Assembly (NCBI GenBank): GCA_964593455.1
Contig: CAZQHK010000001.1
Span: forward strand, 150,708 to 214,707
DNA length: 64,000 bases
Source of the DNA: an uncultured bacterium
Lineage (GTDB): Bacteria > Muiribacteriota > CAYSPT01
Reading direction: 5' to 3'
Shown: one piece after another, positions 36,929 to 46,617 of the stretch
How positions within the stretch are numbered: position 1 is the first letter of the stretch
Layout: each line of letters begins with the position of its first letter
Position numbers and translations under genes: made by a program
Notes under the pieces: generated by a model
Databases searched by the model: none
Seen by the model: the letters and a program-made list of their open reading frames with translations, nothing else
Told to the model about the DNA's origin: nothing

Positions 36929-37731
36929 TCAAGTTATTTGGAGTCAGGTTCGAAAAGATTGGGAAAATTCATTTTTTCAAAGATCCTGGACTCGTTCTAA
37001 AAGTCGGAGACGACTGTATCGTTAAAACCATTAAAGGTTTGGAATACGGAAGAGTAGTGCTCGTGGGTGACGGTTCATCGCTTGAAGACTACAACTTCAT
37101 GGGAGAATTGGTACGTAAGGCCAGCGAAGACGACAAATACGCTTATAAAGAGAAGTGGGAGCTTGAAGATGAGGCTTTCAAAAAAGCTGTGGAGAAAATC
37201 AAGAGTCTCAAGTTGTCCATGAAATTGTTGAAAGTAAAATATCTCTTTGACCAGCAACACGTAGTTTTTAGTTTCAGGGCGGAAGAAAAAGTGGATTTTC
37301 GCGAACTGGTAAAGTACCTTTCGAAAACTCTGAATACCAGGGTGGAGATGCGCCAGGTCGGGGTTCGTGATGAAGCCAAGATGATTGGCGGACTTGGATC
37401 ATGCGGGCGGGAAACATGTTGTTCTACGTTTCTATCCGGGTTTGATTCAGTCGCCATAAAGATGGCCAAGGAACAGGGATTATCGCTAAATCCATCGAAG
37501 ATTTCGGGATTATGCGGCCGGCTAATGTGTTGTCTGCGGTACGAAAACTCCACGTATGTACAAGCCAAACGAGGTCTACCGAAATTAAACAGCACGGTGA
37601 AAATCACCGGCCGGCGTGGAAAACTTGAAAGAATTGATGTATTAAGTAACAAGGTAACGGTAAAGTTTGAAGAGGGCGAAAGGGAGACGTTTTCCATAAA
37701 CGACTTCTGCATTATGCTCAGAGGTTCGTGA
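36925..37731 (+). CDS. PSP1 C-terminal domain protein (RicT/YaaT-like)
   Basis: ATG 36925 overlaps the holB stop (ATGA). PSP1 domain with a CGRETCCSTFL...CGRLMCCLRYE Cys motif. Confidence 0.75.
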   Translation: MIKLFGVRFEKIGKIHFFKDPGLVLKVGDDCIVKTIKGLEYGRVVLVGDGSSLEDYNFMGELVRKASEDDKYAYKEKWELEDEAFKKAVEKIKSLKLSMKLLKVKYLFDQQHVVFSFRAEEKVDFRELVKYLSKTLNTRVEMRQVGVRDEAKMIGGLGSCGRETCCSTFLSGFDSVAIKMAKEQGLSLNPSKISGLCGRLMCCLRYENSTYVQAKRGLPKLNSTVKITGRRGKLERIDVLSNKVTVKFEEGERETFSINDFCIMLRGS

Positions 37732-37747
37732 AGGAGGTTTCATAGCG

Positions 37748-38548
37748 GTGGAAAAGATCGGGCTGATAGCCGGGTTCGGAAAGCTGCCGATCGCGTTCGC
37801 AAAGGCCGCGGCCAGAAAGAACATAAGCGTGGTAGCAGTAGGAATCGTGGGTGAAGCTAATCCGGAGCTGGAGAAGTATGTTGACAGCTTCTATTGGATA
37901 TCGGTAGGCAAACTGGACGATATCATCAAGACCTTCACCAATGAAAAAATCAAGGAGGTAGTGATGGCTGGTGCTATCACTAAGACGGTGATGTTTACCG
38001 GGATTGAGGTTGACGATCGCGTTATGAGAATATTGAGTTCGTTGGAAGATCGAAACGATGATTCTCTGCTGGTCGCGGTAGCCAACGAGATTGAACGTGA
38101 GGGGATCGCCGTCAAGGATTCCACGACCTATCTGGGTTGCTTGCTGCCCGATGAAGGGTGTTTGACCGCCCGGCAGCCCACCGAGAGCGAAATGGCTGAC
38201 ATCCGGTTCGGTATGAAGATGGCCAAATGTATCGGAGAGCTCAATATCGGGCAGACGGTTGTGGTTAAGGATCTGGTCGTACTGGCCGTGGAGGCTATTG
38301 AAGGAACCGATGAAGCTATTCGCCGGGGTGCGACGCTTGGTGGCGAGGGAGTGGTGGTGGCCAAAGTGACTAAACCAAAACAGGACCTCAGGTTCGACCT
38401 ACCCGCTGTGGGAGTAACCACAATTACGATCATGGCAGAGGTAGGCGCCAGCGTATTGGCTGTGGAGGCTGGAAAAACAATAATACTGGAGATGGAAAAG
38501 GTAGTCGATCTGGCAAACTCCAGCGGTATATCTATAGTTGCAATGTAA
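37748..38548 (+). CDS. lpxI: UDP-2,3-diacylglucosamine hydrolase LpxI (DUF1009 family)
   Basis: 266 aa. DUF1009-type pattern (IGLIAGFGKLP..., ...GQTVVVKDLVVLAVEAIEGTDEAIRRG). Located next to lpxB. Confidence 0.65.
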   Translation: MEKIGLIAGFGKLPIAFAKAAARKNISVVAVGIVGEANPELEKYVDSFYWISVGKLDDIIKTFTNEKIKEVVMAGAITKTVMFTGIEVDDRVMRILSSLEDRNDDSLLVAVANEIEREGIAVKDSTTYLGCLLPDEGCLTARQPTESEMADIRFGMKMAKCIGELNIGQTVVVKDLVVLAVEAIEGTDEAIRRGATLGGEGVVVAKVTKPKQDLRFDLPAVGVTTITIMAEVGASVLAVEAGKTIILEMEKVVDLANSSGISIVAM

Positions 38549-38591
38549 TCTACGGAGTGCCGAACGTAAGTGGGAGGAGAACCAGGATATT

Positions 38592-39536
38592 ATGAGTGGA
38601 AAACTTCGCGTGGGGGTTGTTGGAGTCGGGCATTTGGGGCAAAACCATCTGCGGCTTTACCACGAGATAGATGACGTTGTGGTTACCGGAATCGCGGACA
38701 TTTCAGGCGAAGTTATTCAAACGTATGGAGAACGGTATGATGTATTCGGCACGGAAAACTATCGAGATCTCATCGGCCGGGTAGATGCGGTAAGCATAGT
38801 TGTCCCGACGGTACTTCACCAACAGATCGCCGCCGATTTCCTGGACGCGGGAGTTCAAGTACTGGTTGAAAAACCGGTTACCAGGACGTTGGAAGAAGCT
38901 GAAGACCTGGTATCCAGAGCCAGGCATCATGGAGTTATTCTGCAGGTCGGCCATGTGGAACGTTTCAATAGTGCGGTTCTCAAGGTAAAAAAGGAGATCA
39001 ATGATCCCCGCTACATCGAATGTCAGCGGCTGGGACCGTTTCCCGGCCGGAGTACCGATGTGGGAGTCGTGTTGGATTTAATGATCCATGATATAGATAT
39101 TATTCTTGACCTGGTAGATTCTCCCGTGGAACGGATCACGGCTATCGGTATACCGGTGATTTCCCGCTACGAGGATATCGCCAACGCCCACATATTGTTC
39201 CAGAATGGATGCATTGCCAATGTGACAGCCAGCCGGATTACCGACGATCGGGTACGGAAACTCCGAATATTCCAGAGAGAAGCCTATTTTTCTCTCGATT
39301 ATGCCGATCAAGAATTTAAAATTCAACGAAAAAACACTGACAATGAAATCGTCTCCGAACGTCCTGAAGTGCGCAAGGGCGAGCCGCTCATGTTGGAACT
39401 AAAGCATTTCATCGACTGTATCCGGGAAGGCAAGAAACCGATGGTTTCCGGAGAGCAGGGCCGTGACGCTTTGGAAATAGCACTGCAGATCGTTGAGCAA
39501 GTTAAGACGGAATACGGCTACCTGGGTAAACCATGA
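38592..39536 (+). CDS. Gfo/Idh/MocA-family NAD(P)-dependent oxidoreductase (GnnA-like candidate)
   Basis: Rossmann GVVGVGHLG at the N-terminus and a Gfo/Idh/MocA C-terminal domain. Embedded between lpxI and lpxB. Confidence 0.8.
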   Translation: MSGKLRVGVVGVGHLGQNHLRLYHEIDDVVVTGIADISGEVIQTYGERYDVFGTENYRDLIGRVDAVSIVVPTVLHQQIAADFLDAGVQVLVEKPVTRTLEEAEDLVSRARHHGVILQVGHVERFNSAVLKVKKEINDPRYIECQRLGPFPGRSTDVGVVLDLMIHDIDIILDLVDSPVERITAIGIPVISRYEDIANAHILFQNGCIANVTASRITDDRVRKLRIFQREAYFSLDYADQEFKIQRKNTDNEIVSERPEVRKGEPLMLELKHFIDCIREGKKPMVSGEQGRDALEIALQIVEQVKTEYGYLGKP

Positions 39537-40708
39537 ACAATTCTGTGATGATGATTGCCGGGGAGGCTTCAGGAGACCTGCATGGCTCTCACCTGGCTCG
39601 GCAATTGAAAAAATTGAGTTCTGATGTATCGCTTTACGGCATCGGAGGTAATCTGATGCGTGAAGCAGATGTGGACATCATATGGGACATCACCGACCGG
39701 GCTGTAATCGGGTTTGCGGAAGCCGTCAGAAATTTGTTTCCTCTCGGTAAACTTCTCAGACAGATAAAACGACTGGTCAAATCCAGACGGCCGGACGTCG
39801 TGGTTTTGATCGACTATTCCGGATTTAATCTGAAGGTAGCCAAGGTACTTTCCGATACCGGTGTTCCTATCGTTTATTATTTTCCTCCTCAAATATGGGC
39901 TTCCCGTTCCTATCGGGCTAAAGAGATTGCCCGCATAATCACCAAAGTAATTGCAGTTTTTCCGTTTGAAGTGGATATCTACAGGAAGGCGGGGGCCGAC
40001 TTCAGTTATTTTGGACATCCTCTCATCGATGTTGTAAAAACCAAATTTAAACGGGAAGAGGCTCTTAAGCAGTTTAAACTCACTGAAAAGGGGCCTATTG
40101 TCGGCCTGCTGCCGGGCAGCCGCAACAACGAAGTGGATCGGCTGCTACCACTTTTACTGGATAGTGCCCAGCTTATATCACGAGTACTGCCGTCGACTCA
40201 ATTTATTCTCCCGCTGGCCGGCTCGATTTCCAGGGAGAAAATTGACCAGTTGCTGCAGAGGAAAAAACTGACGGTTCAGGTTATCGAAAATGACACCTAT
40301 GACGCGGTCAAAATATCCGACCTGGTTCTGGTGGCTTCCGGCACAGCGACGCTGGAAGCGGCAATTTTAAATACACCCATGATTATCGTTTATCGAACAT
40401 CATGGCTTACCTGGCTCTTGGCCCGATTCATCCTCTACCTGCCTTTTATCGGTCTGGCCAACATTGTCGCCGGCAAGAAGGTCGTCCCCGAATTTATTCA
40501 GAATATGGCCCGTCCTGATCTGATTGCCGAAGAAGCTTTGGATATTTTGCGGAACGAGGAACGCAGAGCGAGTATTAACCGTGATTTGGCGGAGGCGGTA
40601 AAAAAACTTGGAAAACAGGGTGTGATAGAGCAATCAGCCCGTTTAATACTGAATACAAAACGAAGTGAAAATAGCCGGCAGGAGCAGAAACGGATAGAAG
40701 CAGTATGA
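39533..40708 (+). CDS. lpxB: Lipid-A-disaccharide synthase LpxB (copy 1)
   Basis: 391 aa. GT19 N-terminal MIAGEASGD. Central and C-terminal LpxB blocks. Overlaps the neighbouring genes by 4 nt. Confidence 0.85.
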   Translation: MNNSVMMIAGEASGDLHGSHLARQLKKLSSDVSLYGIGGNLMREADVDIIWDITDRAVIGFAEAVRNLFPLGKLLRQIKRLVKSRRPDVVVLIDYSGFNLKVAKVLSDTGVPIVYYFPPQIWASRSYRAKEIARIITKVIAVFPFEVDIYRKAGADFSYFGHPLIDVVKTKFKREEALKQFKLTEKGPIVGLLPGSRNNEVDRLLPLLLDSAQLISRVLPSTQFILPLAGSISREKIDQLLQRKKLTVQVIENDTYDAVKISDLVLVASGTATLEAAILNTPMIIVYRTSWLTWLLARFILYLPFIGLANIVAGKKVVPEFIQNMARPDLIAEEALDILRNEERRASINRDLAEAVKKLGKQGVIEQSARLILNTKRSENSRQEQKRIEAV

Positions 40709-42429
40709 GCATTTATAAACGAAGTTTCAGCTATCTCAAACCGCATTTCTGGTGGATTATGACTGCCATGATATGTTCGGTTGGGGTGGCAGCCGGGGAG
40801 GCCGCTCCCGCTTATATTCTCAAGAAGATATTCGAGCAGGTGTTAAACGATAAGAATACGCAAATGCTGGCAGTGATCGCCATCGGTGTCGTCGCAATTA
40901 TTGTCTTAAAAGGGTTGTTCTACTTTTTCCAGACCTACTCAATGGCGTTTGTGGGGCAGCGGGTCATCTTTTCTATCCGCAACGAACTCTACATGCATCT
41001 GCAGCGCCTGTCCCTGAGTTTTTACGACAACCGTGAGACCGGCCAGATCATGTCCCGGGTGCTTAACGATGTTATGATATTGCAGAACCTGCTCACGTTT
41101 ATGGCACAGGTGATCAAAGATTCAATGCTCATCGTCTTTCTGCTGGGATGGATTTTTTATATACATTGGCGCCTGTCGTTGTTGATCTTTATCATCGTTC
41201 CGGTAATCGGGTTCGTAATTGCCACGTTCTCACGAAGAATGCGTAAGCTAGCGTATCTCATCCAGGCCAAGGTCGGGGACATCACCTCCATCACGCAGGA
41301 AACTATCGCCGGCATACGGATCGTCAAGTCATTTACCGCGGAGGAGTATGAGATCGACCGGTTCGTCAAGAAAAACGAAGAAACGTTCAATGTAAACATG
41401 AAAAACTCGAAGGTTTTCGCGTTGATTCTGCCGGTTGTTGAAGTGTTGAATACCACGGGGTTGGCAGTTGTCCTCTGGTATGGAGGCAAGGAAGTCATCA
41501 AGGGTAACCTGACCGGACCGGAGTTGATCAGTTACCTGACTGCTCTCGGTATGCTGTACACTCCGGTAAAGCGGTTGACTCATGTAAACGCTTTTGTACA
41601 GCAAGCGATGGCTTGCTCCTCCAGAGTGTTCGAAATACTGGATACCGAAGAACAAATCAAGGATAAACCGGACGCTATTGAATTGGAATCAATACAAGGT
41701 GATGTCAGATTCGAGGCTGTTTCCTTCTCGTATAATGAAGATGAAAAAGTGCTAACAGATGTCAATCTCAAGGTTGAATCGGGACTCGTGTTGGCCGTAG
41801 TGGGTTCCAGTGGCGCTGGAAAAACAACATTTGTCAACCTGATCCCGCGGTTCTATGAAGTTACCAAAGGCAGGGTACTGGTTGACGGACTCGATATTAG
41901 GGATGTCAAAATCAAGTCGCTCCGGCGGCAAATTGGAATTGTCCCCCAGGAAACTCTCCTCTTCAGCGGGACCGTGGCGGAAAACATATCCTATGGACGT
42001 CAGGAAGCCACCCCCGAAGAAATTGTCGAGGCAGCCAAAGCAGCCAATGCCGATGATTTTGTTCGGTCTTTCCCTCATGGGTACGAGACGGAAGTCGGGG
42101 AAAAAGGGGTTAAACTTTCAGGTGGACAGCGGCAACGTATCGCTATCGCCAGGGCCATATTACGTGATCCGAAAATATTAATATTAGATGAAGCCACTTC
42201 GTCCCTCGATTCGGAGTCGGAATCTCTCGTTCAGGAGGCGTTATCCCGGCTCATGGAAGGTAGAACCACCTTCGTTATCGCTCATCGTCTGTCAACGATC
42301 AAGAAGGCTGATATCATAGTTGTGTTGGAGAATGGCCGGATCGCAGAACTCGGTACCCATGAAAAATTGCTTGATCTTCAGGGAGTTTACCATGGTCTTT
42401 ACCAGGTTCAGTTCAAGGGAATGATCTGA
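40705..42429 (+). CDS. msbA: ABC transporter permease/ATPase MsbA-like (lipid A flippase family)
   Basis: Six-TM ABC exporter domain plus NBD (Walker A GSSGAGKTT, LSGGQRQR, ILILDEATS). Confidence 0.85.
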   Translation: MSIYKRSFSYLKPHFWWIMTAMICSVGVAAGEAAPAYILKKIFEQVLNDKNTQMLAVIAIGVVAIIVLKGLFYFFQTYSMAFVGQRVIFSIRNELYMHLQRLSLSFYDNRETGQIMSRVLNDVMILQNLLTFMAQVIKDSMLIVFLLGWIFYIHWRLSLLIFIIVPVIGFVIATFSRRMRKLAYLIQAKVGDITSITQETIAGIRIVKSFTAEEYEIDRFVKKNEETFNVNMKNSKVFALILPVVEVLNTTGLAVVLWYGGKEVIKGNLTGPELISYLTALGMLYTPVKRLTHVNAFVQQAMACSSRVFEILDTEEQIKDKPDAIELESIQGDVRFEAVSFSYNEDEKVLTDVNLKVESGLVLAVVGSSGAGKTTFVNLIPRFYEVTKGRVLVDGLDIRDVKIKSLRRQIGIVPQETLLFSGTVAENISYGRQEATPEEIVEAAKAANADDFVRSFPHGYETEVGEKGVKLSGGQRQRIAIARAILRDPKILILDEATSSLDSESESLVQEALSRLMEGRTTFVIAHRLSTIKKADIIVVLENGRIAELGTHEKLLDLQGVYHGLYQVQFKGMI

Positions 42430-42431
42430 GC

Positions 42432-43628
42432 ATGAAACGCTCTGCAAAGAAGAAAATAATGATAGTTGCCGGTGAGGTTTCTTCCGACATGTATGCTGCT
42501 GATTTGGCCCGGACTATCTCGGAATTGGCTCCTGAGGTGGAGTTGTGGGGAGTCGGAGGAACCGGTATGGCTGCTGCCGGAGTGAAATTGTTCTTCGATA
42601 CCGGCGGCTGGGCGGCTATTGGTATGTTGGAAGCCTTGAAAAAGCTTCCTCGGTTGTCGTTTATCTATCTGAAATTGCGGAAGGTTTTACAGAAACAGCG
42701 TCCGGATCTGCTCATTCTGGTAGATTATCCGGGATTTAACATGTTCCTGGTCAGAGTCGCCAAGAAGTTTGGGATCCCGACACTCTACTATATTCCCCCT
42801 TCCAAATGGGCCAGCTCTCCGAATGATGTCCGGGAAGCCGCCAGCAAGATAACAAAAGTGGCAGCTCCGTATCGGTGTACGGAAAAGATCTACCGTGAAG
42901 CCGGCGCGGATGTTGTTTTTGTGGGGCATCCGATTATCGATTTAGTAAAGCCCTCCCAGCCACCGGAAACAATCAGGAATGATTTTGGTGTTCATAAAGC
43001 AGATCCGCTCATATCGCTATTGCCTGGCAGCCGTAAGGTGGAGATTAAATACCTGCTTCCGATTATGCTGAAGGCAGCCAGGGAGGTCAGCCTCAGGAAA
43101 CCCGTTGCCCGGTTTATCGTACCGATTTCGCGGGGTGCTTATGCTTCACTGGGCAGCTTGCGTACATGGGTGGAACACATGGTCTCAAAAGCGAAAACTG
43201 ATTTTTCAATAGATCTGATCATCGATAGAACGTATGATTGCATTTCAGCTTCGGATATGGTGGTAGTGTCCTCTGGTACTGCTACACTGGAGACGGCCTA
43301 TCTAGGGATTCCGATGGTAGTTGTATATAAGGTTTCTTTGCTGACTGAACTGGTGGCCCGTACATTGACCAAACTACCTCCTTATTTTGCTATCCCCAAT
43401 TTGCTCATGAAAAGACAGGTGGTGCCCGAACTGATGCAGCACGACCTGACATCGTTACGTCTTACGGCGGAGATTATGCGTATTCTGGATGATGCATCAG
43501 TAAGAAAAAAAATGCATGAAGCCTTAGCAGATATTCGTGATATGCTGGGTTCCAGCGGCGCTTCACAGAGAGTAGCCAGACTCGCTCTGGAAATGAGCGA
43601 GACAGAATTTAAAGAAAGAGGTGATTAG
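42432..43628 (+). CDS. Lipid-A-disaccharide synthase LpxB paralog (copy 2)
   Basis: 398 aa. GT19 N-terminus MIVAGEVSSD and the same block structure as copy 1, with about 30% identity to it by eye. Confidence 0.8.
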   Translation: MKRSAKKKIMIVAGEVSSDMYAADLARTISELAPEVELWGVGGTGMAAAGVKLFFDTGGWAAIGMLEALKKLPRLSFIYLKLRKVLQKQRPDLLILVDYPGFNMFLVRVAKKFGIPTLYYIPPSKWASSPNDVREAASKITKVAAPYRCTEKIYREAGADVVFVGHPIIDLVKPSQPPETIRNDFGVHKADPLISLLPGSRKVEIKYLLPIMLKAAREVSLRKPVARFIVPISRGAYASLGSLRTWVEHMVSKAKTDFSIDLIIDRTYDCISASDMVVVSSGTATLETAYLGIPMVVVYKVSLLTELVARTLTKLPPYFAIPNLLMKRQVVPELMQHDLTSLRLTAEIMRILDDASVRKKMHEALADIRDMLGSSGASQRVARLALEMSETEFKERGD

Positions 43629-43632
43629 CAGT

Positions 43633-43929
43633 ATGTCCCCCACCAAGAAGACTACCAAAAAAGCAGTAAAAGGGGCTTCGGCCGCGCCAAAAACCGCTAA
43701 GAAGAAAAAGACAGCGAAAGTGACCGAAGAGGTAACTCCTGATGGAATCCGTATCTACGATTCCCGGCAGTCATTCAAAAAGGGAGAAAAGATCTACCAC
43801 AAGTTTTGGGAAGAGACTGGTAAGATCATGGAAACGGGTACCACTGAGGACGGTGTTAAAAAAATGCTCGTGCAGTTCGAGACGGTCGGCGAGAAAAAGT
43901 TGATTATGGATCATAAACTGAAGAGCTGA
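43633..43929 (+). CDS. Small lysine-rich hypothetical protein (histone-H1-like N-terminal tail)
   Basis: ATG 43633 lies 8 nt after AGAGGTGA. The N-terminus is PTKKTTKKAVKGASAAPKTAKKKKTAK. Last gene of the envelope supra-operon. Confidence 0.4.
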   Translation: MSPTKKTTKKAVKGASAAPKTAKKKKTAKVTEEVTPDGIRIYDSRQSFKKGEKIYHKFWEETGKIMETGTTEDGVKKMLVQFETVGEKKLIMDHKLKS

Positions 43930-44021
43930 AAATTTGGATTTTCTCGACCGGGTTTTAGTAGTGCTGGATATTGTCGTTTGCATGTTTCTGCTCTATGCAT
44001 CGTATTACGCGTTCAAGCAGA

Positions 44022-44438
44022 TCAGGTGGAGGCGACAGTTTCCTGGAGAATCTGATCCAGAGGCAAACGAGAATGATTCTTCTGGATAAACAGTTTCTCT
44101 CTGGCTTCTGCCAAAAGCTCGGTTGAGACTTGTCCTCTTACGGCCGGAACACGCAGAGCGTGATCGAAAATTCTTCTGGATATAAACAGCTGGTGAAGAG
44201 GTTTTACTCTCGCTATCTTAGCAGCGGTTTTCAGGCTATCAATCTCTTGCTCGGATAAGCCATGTAGTGAGGCCACGAAATCGATGATATTATTATCCTG
44301 CTTTCTTGTTTTCAGCAGCATCTCCTTGAGGTAACTGAACAGGGTGATACAGCCAGCAGCTATACAAAGAATAATTGCTCCGATGGTTCCCCCGGTAATA
44401 AGCAGGGACAACTCAGTGATTGCTAAAGTCGGTACCAT
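44022..44438 (-). CDS. Hypothetical small membrane protein (N-terminal TM helix)
   Basis: 138 aa. Its start overlaps the stop of the upstream HEAT gene (TAATG), so the two are probably cotranscribed. Confidence 0.4.
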   Translation of the reverse strand: MVPTLAITELSLLITGGTIGAIILCIAAGCITLFSYLKEMLLKTRKQDNNIIDFVASLHGLSEQEIDSLKTAAKIARVKPLHQLFISRRIFDHALRVPAVRGQVSTELLAEAREKLFIQKNHSRLPLDQILQETVAST

Positions 44439-46501
44439 TAGCGTAACCTTCCTCCTACAGCTTGCAACGCGTAGTTTCCGGCGATCTTAAGCGCAGGATC
44501 TTCAGAGTTCAACAGTTTACGGATAAGTTTGAGTCCTTCCTTCGTACCACGTTTGGCCATAATAATAGCGGTGTTTGCCTTAACTCGTGGACTGGGATCG
44601 TTTGCCATATGCCGGATTGCTTTCTTTGTTTTTTTGTTCCAGAACCGGCTTAGAGTTTCCACTACGTTGGCTCGCACCCGCTCATCAGCATCGTTGAGAA
44701 GTTTTATAAGTTTGGCAGAATCCCGGACGTGTCCGAGATTCCTGAAAGCTTTAATGGCGGTAGCGCGAACATGTGGATGTGGATCGGCCATGGCCCTGAG
44801 TACAAGTGGGCGGATAATTTCTTCCAGATATGACTGTTCGGAAATCGCCGCCAATATTTTTGCGCTTGTAAACCGGATTTTATGATCGCTATTAGTAATT
44901 CCCATAACCAGATGTTTTCTGACGCCAGCATCGATCTCCATAGCTTTTGCAAACAGGTCACCCGCCGAGTCGCACTGGCTGAGAGCATACTTTTCAAAAT
45001 CATTCCAGGCTTTCAAGGCTATCACTCTGGCAGCCACACCGGCTATTTTCTTGTCAGGATGGGACATGTGATCAGCCAAAGCCTTATTACCATAAATTGT
45101 TTGAATGGATTTGAGAATCTCCAGGGCATACTGTTGCACCCCTTGATCGGGATCGCCCGCCGCCTTTAAAAATGGCAACGGATCACGTTCTTTCCCTAGA
45201 TAAGACAAAGTTTCCAGGGCTTTCTTTCGAACCGCCGGTTCCTGATCAACTAGTAGCGGTGTGACAAGTTCTCTGGTCGTTTTATGATTTGCATGCAGTT
45301 TTATGATCTCAAGCATGGTGATACGAACAGATGGTTCCGGACTACTCAAGAACATAGAAATCTGGTTGACATTGATGAGTCCTGTAATAGCCATTTGAGC
45401 CGCTTTTCGTACCTTTTTTGTATCGTGGCAAAGTAACTTGATTAACAGTTCGAGTGATTGCAATGAGCCTATTTGCTTCAGATGTGAAATTGCTTTCAAT
45501 GCCTGTTTTTCATCGAGTGATTCCATGACCATTTCCAGTAGTTCGATGGATTTCCCGGTTGGAAACCGCATGAAGATGTCTGATAGTTCCTGTTTTAATT
45601 CTAATCGTGCTTGTCCGACATGGTCGTTGAGAACCGTTATTCCGATATTGCCCAACTTGAGTATCATCCTGAGAAGAAAAACCCGGATGGGTGTGGAGAC
45701 GACACTCCTTAGATGACGACCGAGAAGATCGGCGGCAACAAGTTGTTTGCGTCCTATCTCGCTGTTCGACAGTTCGTCTGCAGAAACCAGTCTGCCGATA
45801 ATCTCTTTTACCATATTCTGGGTTCTCATGTCGCCAACGTTGCCTGAAACTATGATATTGAGGAGCAAACGTAGATTCTCGGGAAATGAAGGGAGTTTCA
45901 CTTTATCAAGGACATATCGGATTCTTTTATTGTCCATGGAAGACAGATGAGCGAAAACGTCGTTTGGCTTGAACTGGATCAGCTCCATAATATAGCTTAA
46001 AGCGGCCCTGCCCAAAGGAGATTCCTGGTCTTCTATTAATTCATAAACAGAATCGAGATTAGGGATATTGTCCCGTTTACTCAATGATTCAAGTGCCTGC
46101 GCCCTGACTGATACCGGCCGCCAATCTTCCATAAAAACCTTAACCAGTAGATTTTCAGCCGTTTCGCTTCTAATGTTTTTGAGAACACCAATCAGGTGAA
46201 CGACTAGCCGTTTATCCGGACCGTCTAGAAATTGCTCCATTTCCTTGAAAAAACCCGACAATGTTCCGAGTTGCTCCAGGCGGGCACGGTAGGATGAGCT
46301 GATATCGGGGCGCGTAAGCTCATCACAAAGAATATTGTAAAGAGACCGGCAGTGTTCGGATAAAGCATAAACGATTTGTGCAGCTGTATCGGGGTATTCT
46401 TCGAGGTACCGGAAGGCCCGGATGATGGCCTTTGCCCCGGAACTGTTGTCTTTTGCCCGGTCAAGCAGCTTGAGAATGGCGCTGCTGTCTGAACGTGTCA
46501 T
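44438..46501 (-). CDS. Large HEAT-repeat (PBS-lyase-type) protein
   Basis: Start ATG 46501 lies 8 nt after AGGAGGA (the ORF track extends to 46546). The 687-aa product has more than 15 HEAT repeats (e.g. DPHPHVRATAIKAFRNLG, DADERVRANVVETLSRF). Confidence 0.7.
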   Translation of the reverse strand: MTRSDSSAILKLLDRAKDNSSGAKAIIRAFRYLEEYPDTAAQIVYALSEHCRSLYNILCDELTRPDISSSYRARLEQLGTLSGFFKEMEQFLDGPDKRLVVHLIGVLKNIRSETAENLLVKVFMEDWRPVSVRAQALESLSKRDNIPNLDSVYELIEDQESPLGRAALSYIMELIQFKPNDVFAHLSSMDNKRIRYVLDKVKLPSFPENLRLLLNIIVSGNVGDMRTQNMVKEIIGRLVSADELSNSEIGRKQLVAADLLGRHLRSVVSTPIRVFLLRMILKLGNIGITVLNDHVGQARLELKQELSDIFMRFPTGKSIELLEMVMESLDEKQALKAISHLKQIGSLQSLELLIKLLCHDTKKVRKAAQMAITGLINVNQISMFLSSPEPSVRITMLEIIKLHANHKTTRELVTPLLVDQEPAVRKKALETLSYLGKERDPLPFLKAAGDPDQGVQQYALEILKSIQTIYGNKALADHMSHPDKKIAGVAARVIALKAWNDFEKYALSQCDSAGDLFAKAMEIDAGVRKHLVMGITNSDHKIRFTSAKILAAISEQSYLEEIIRPLVLRAMADPHPHVRATAIKAFRNLGHVRDSAKLIKLLNDADERVRANVVETLSRFWNKKTKKAIRHMANDPSPRVKANTAIIMAKRGTKEGLKLIRKLLNSEDPALKIAGNYALQAVGGRLR

Positions 46502-46536
46502 TCGCACTATCCTCCTGGATATTTGTATCGGAATAA

Positions 46537-46567
46537 TTGAAGTCAATCTTTAGCTCTGTTATATAAT
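46537..46567 (+). promoter_or_regulatory. Sigma-70-like promoter (TTGAAG-17-TATATAAT) for the radical SAM gene
   Basis: TTGAAG 46537-46542, a 17-bp spacer, TATATA(AT) 46560-46567. The -35 lies in the near-palindrome ATTGAAGTCAAT, which also reads TTGACT on the opposite strand toward the divergent HEAT gene. Confidence 0.5.
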
Positions 46568-46617
46568 TGGTATTGTTCAGGGGAAAATTTACATGCACAA
46601 ACGGTGATAATGAAACT

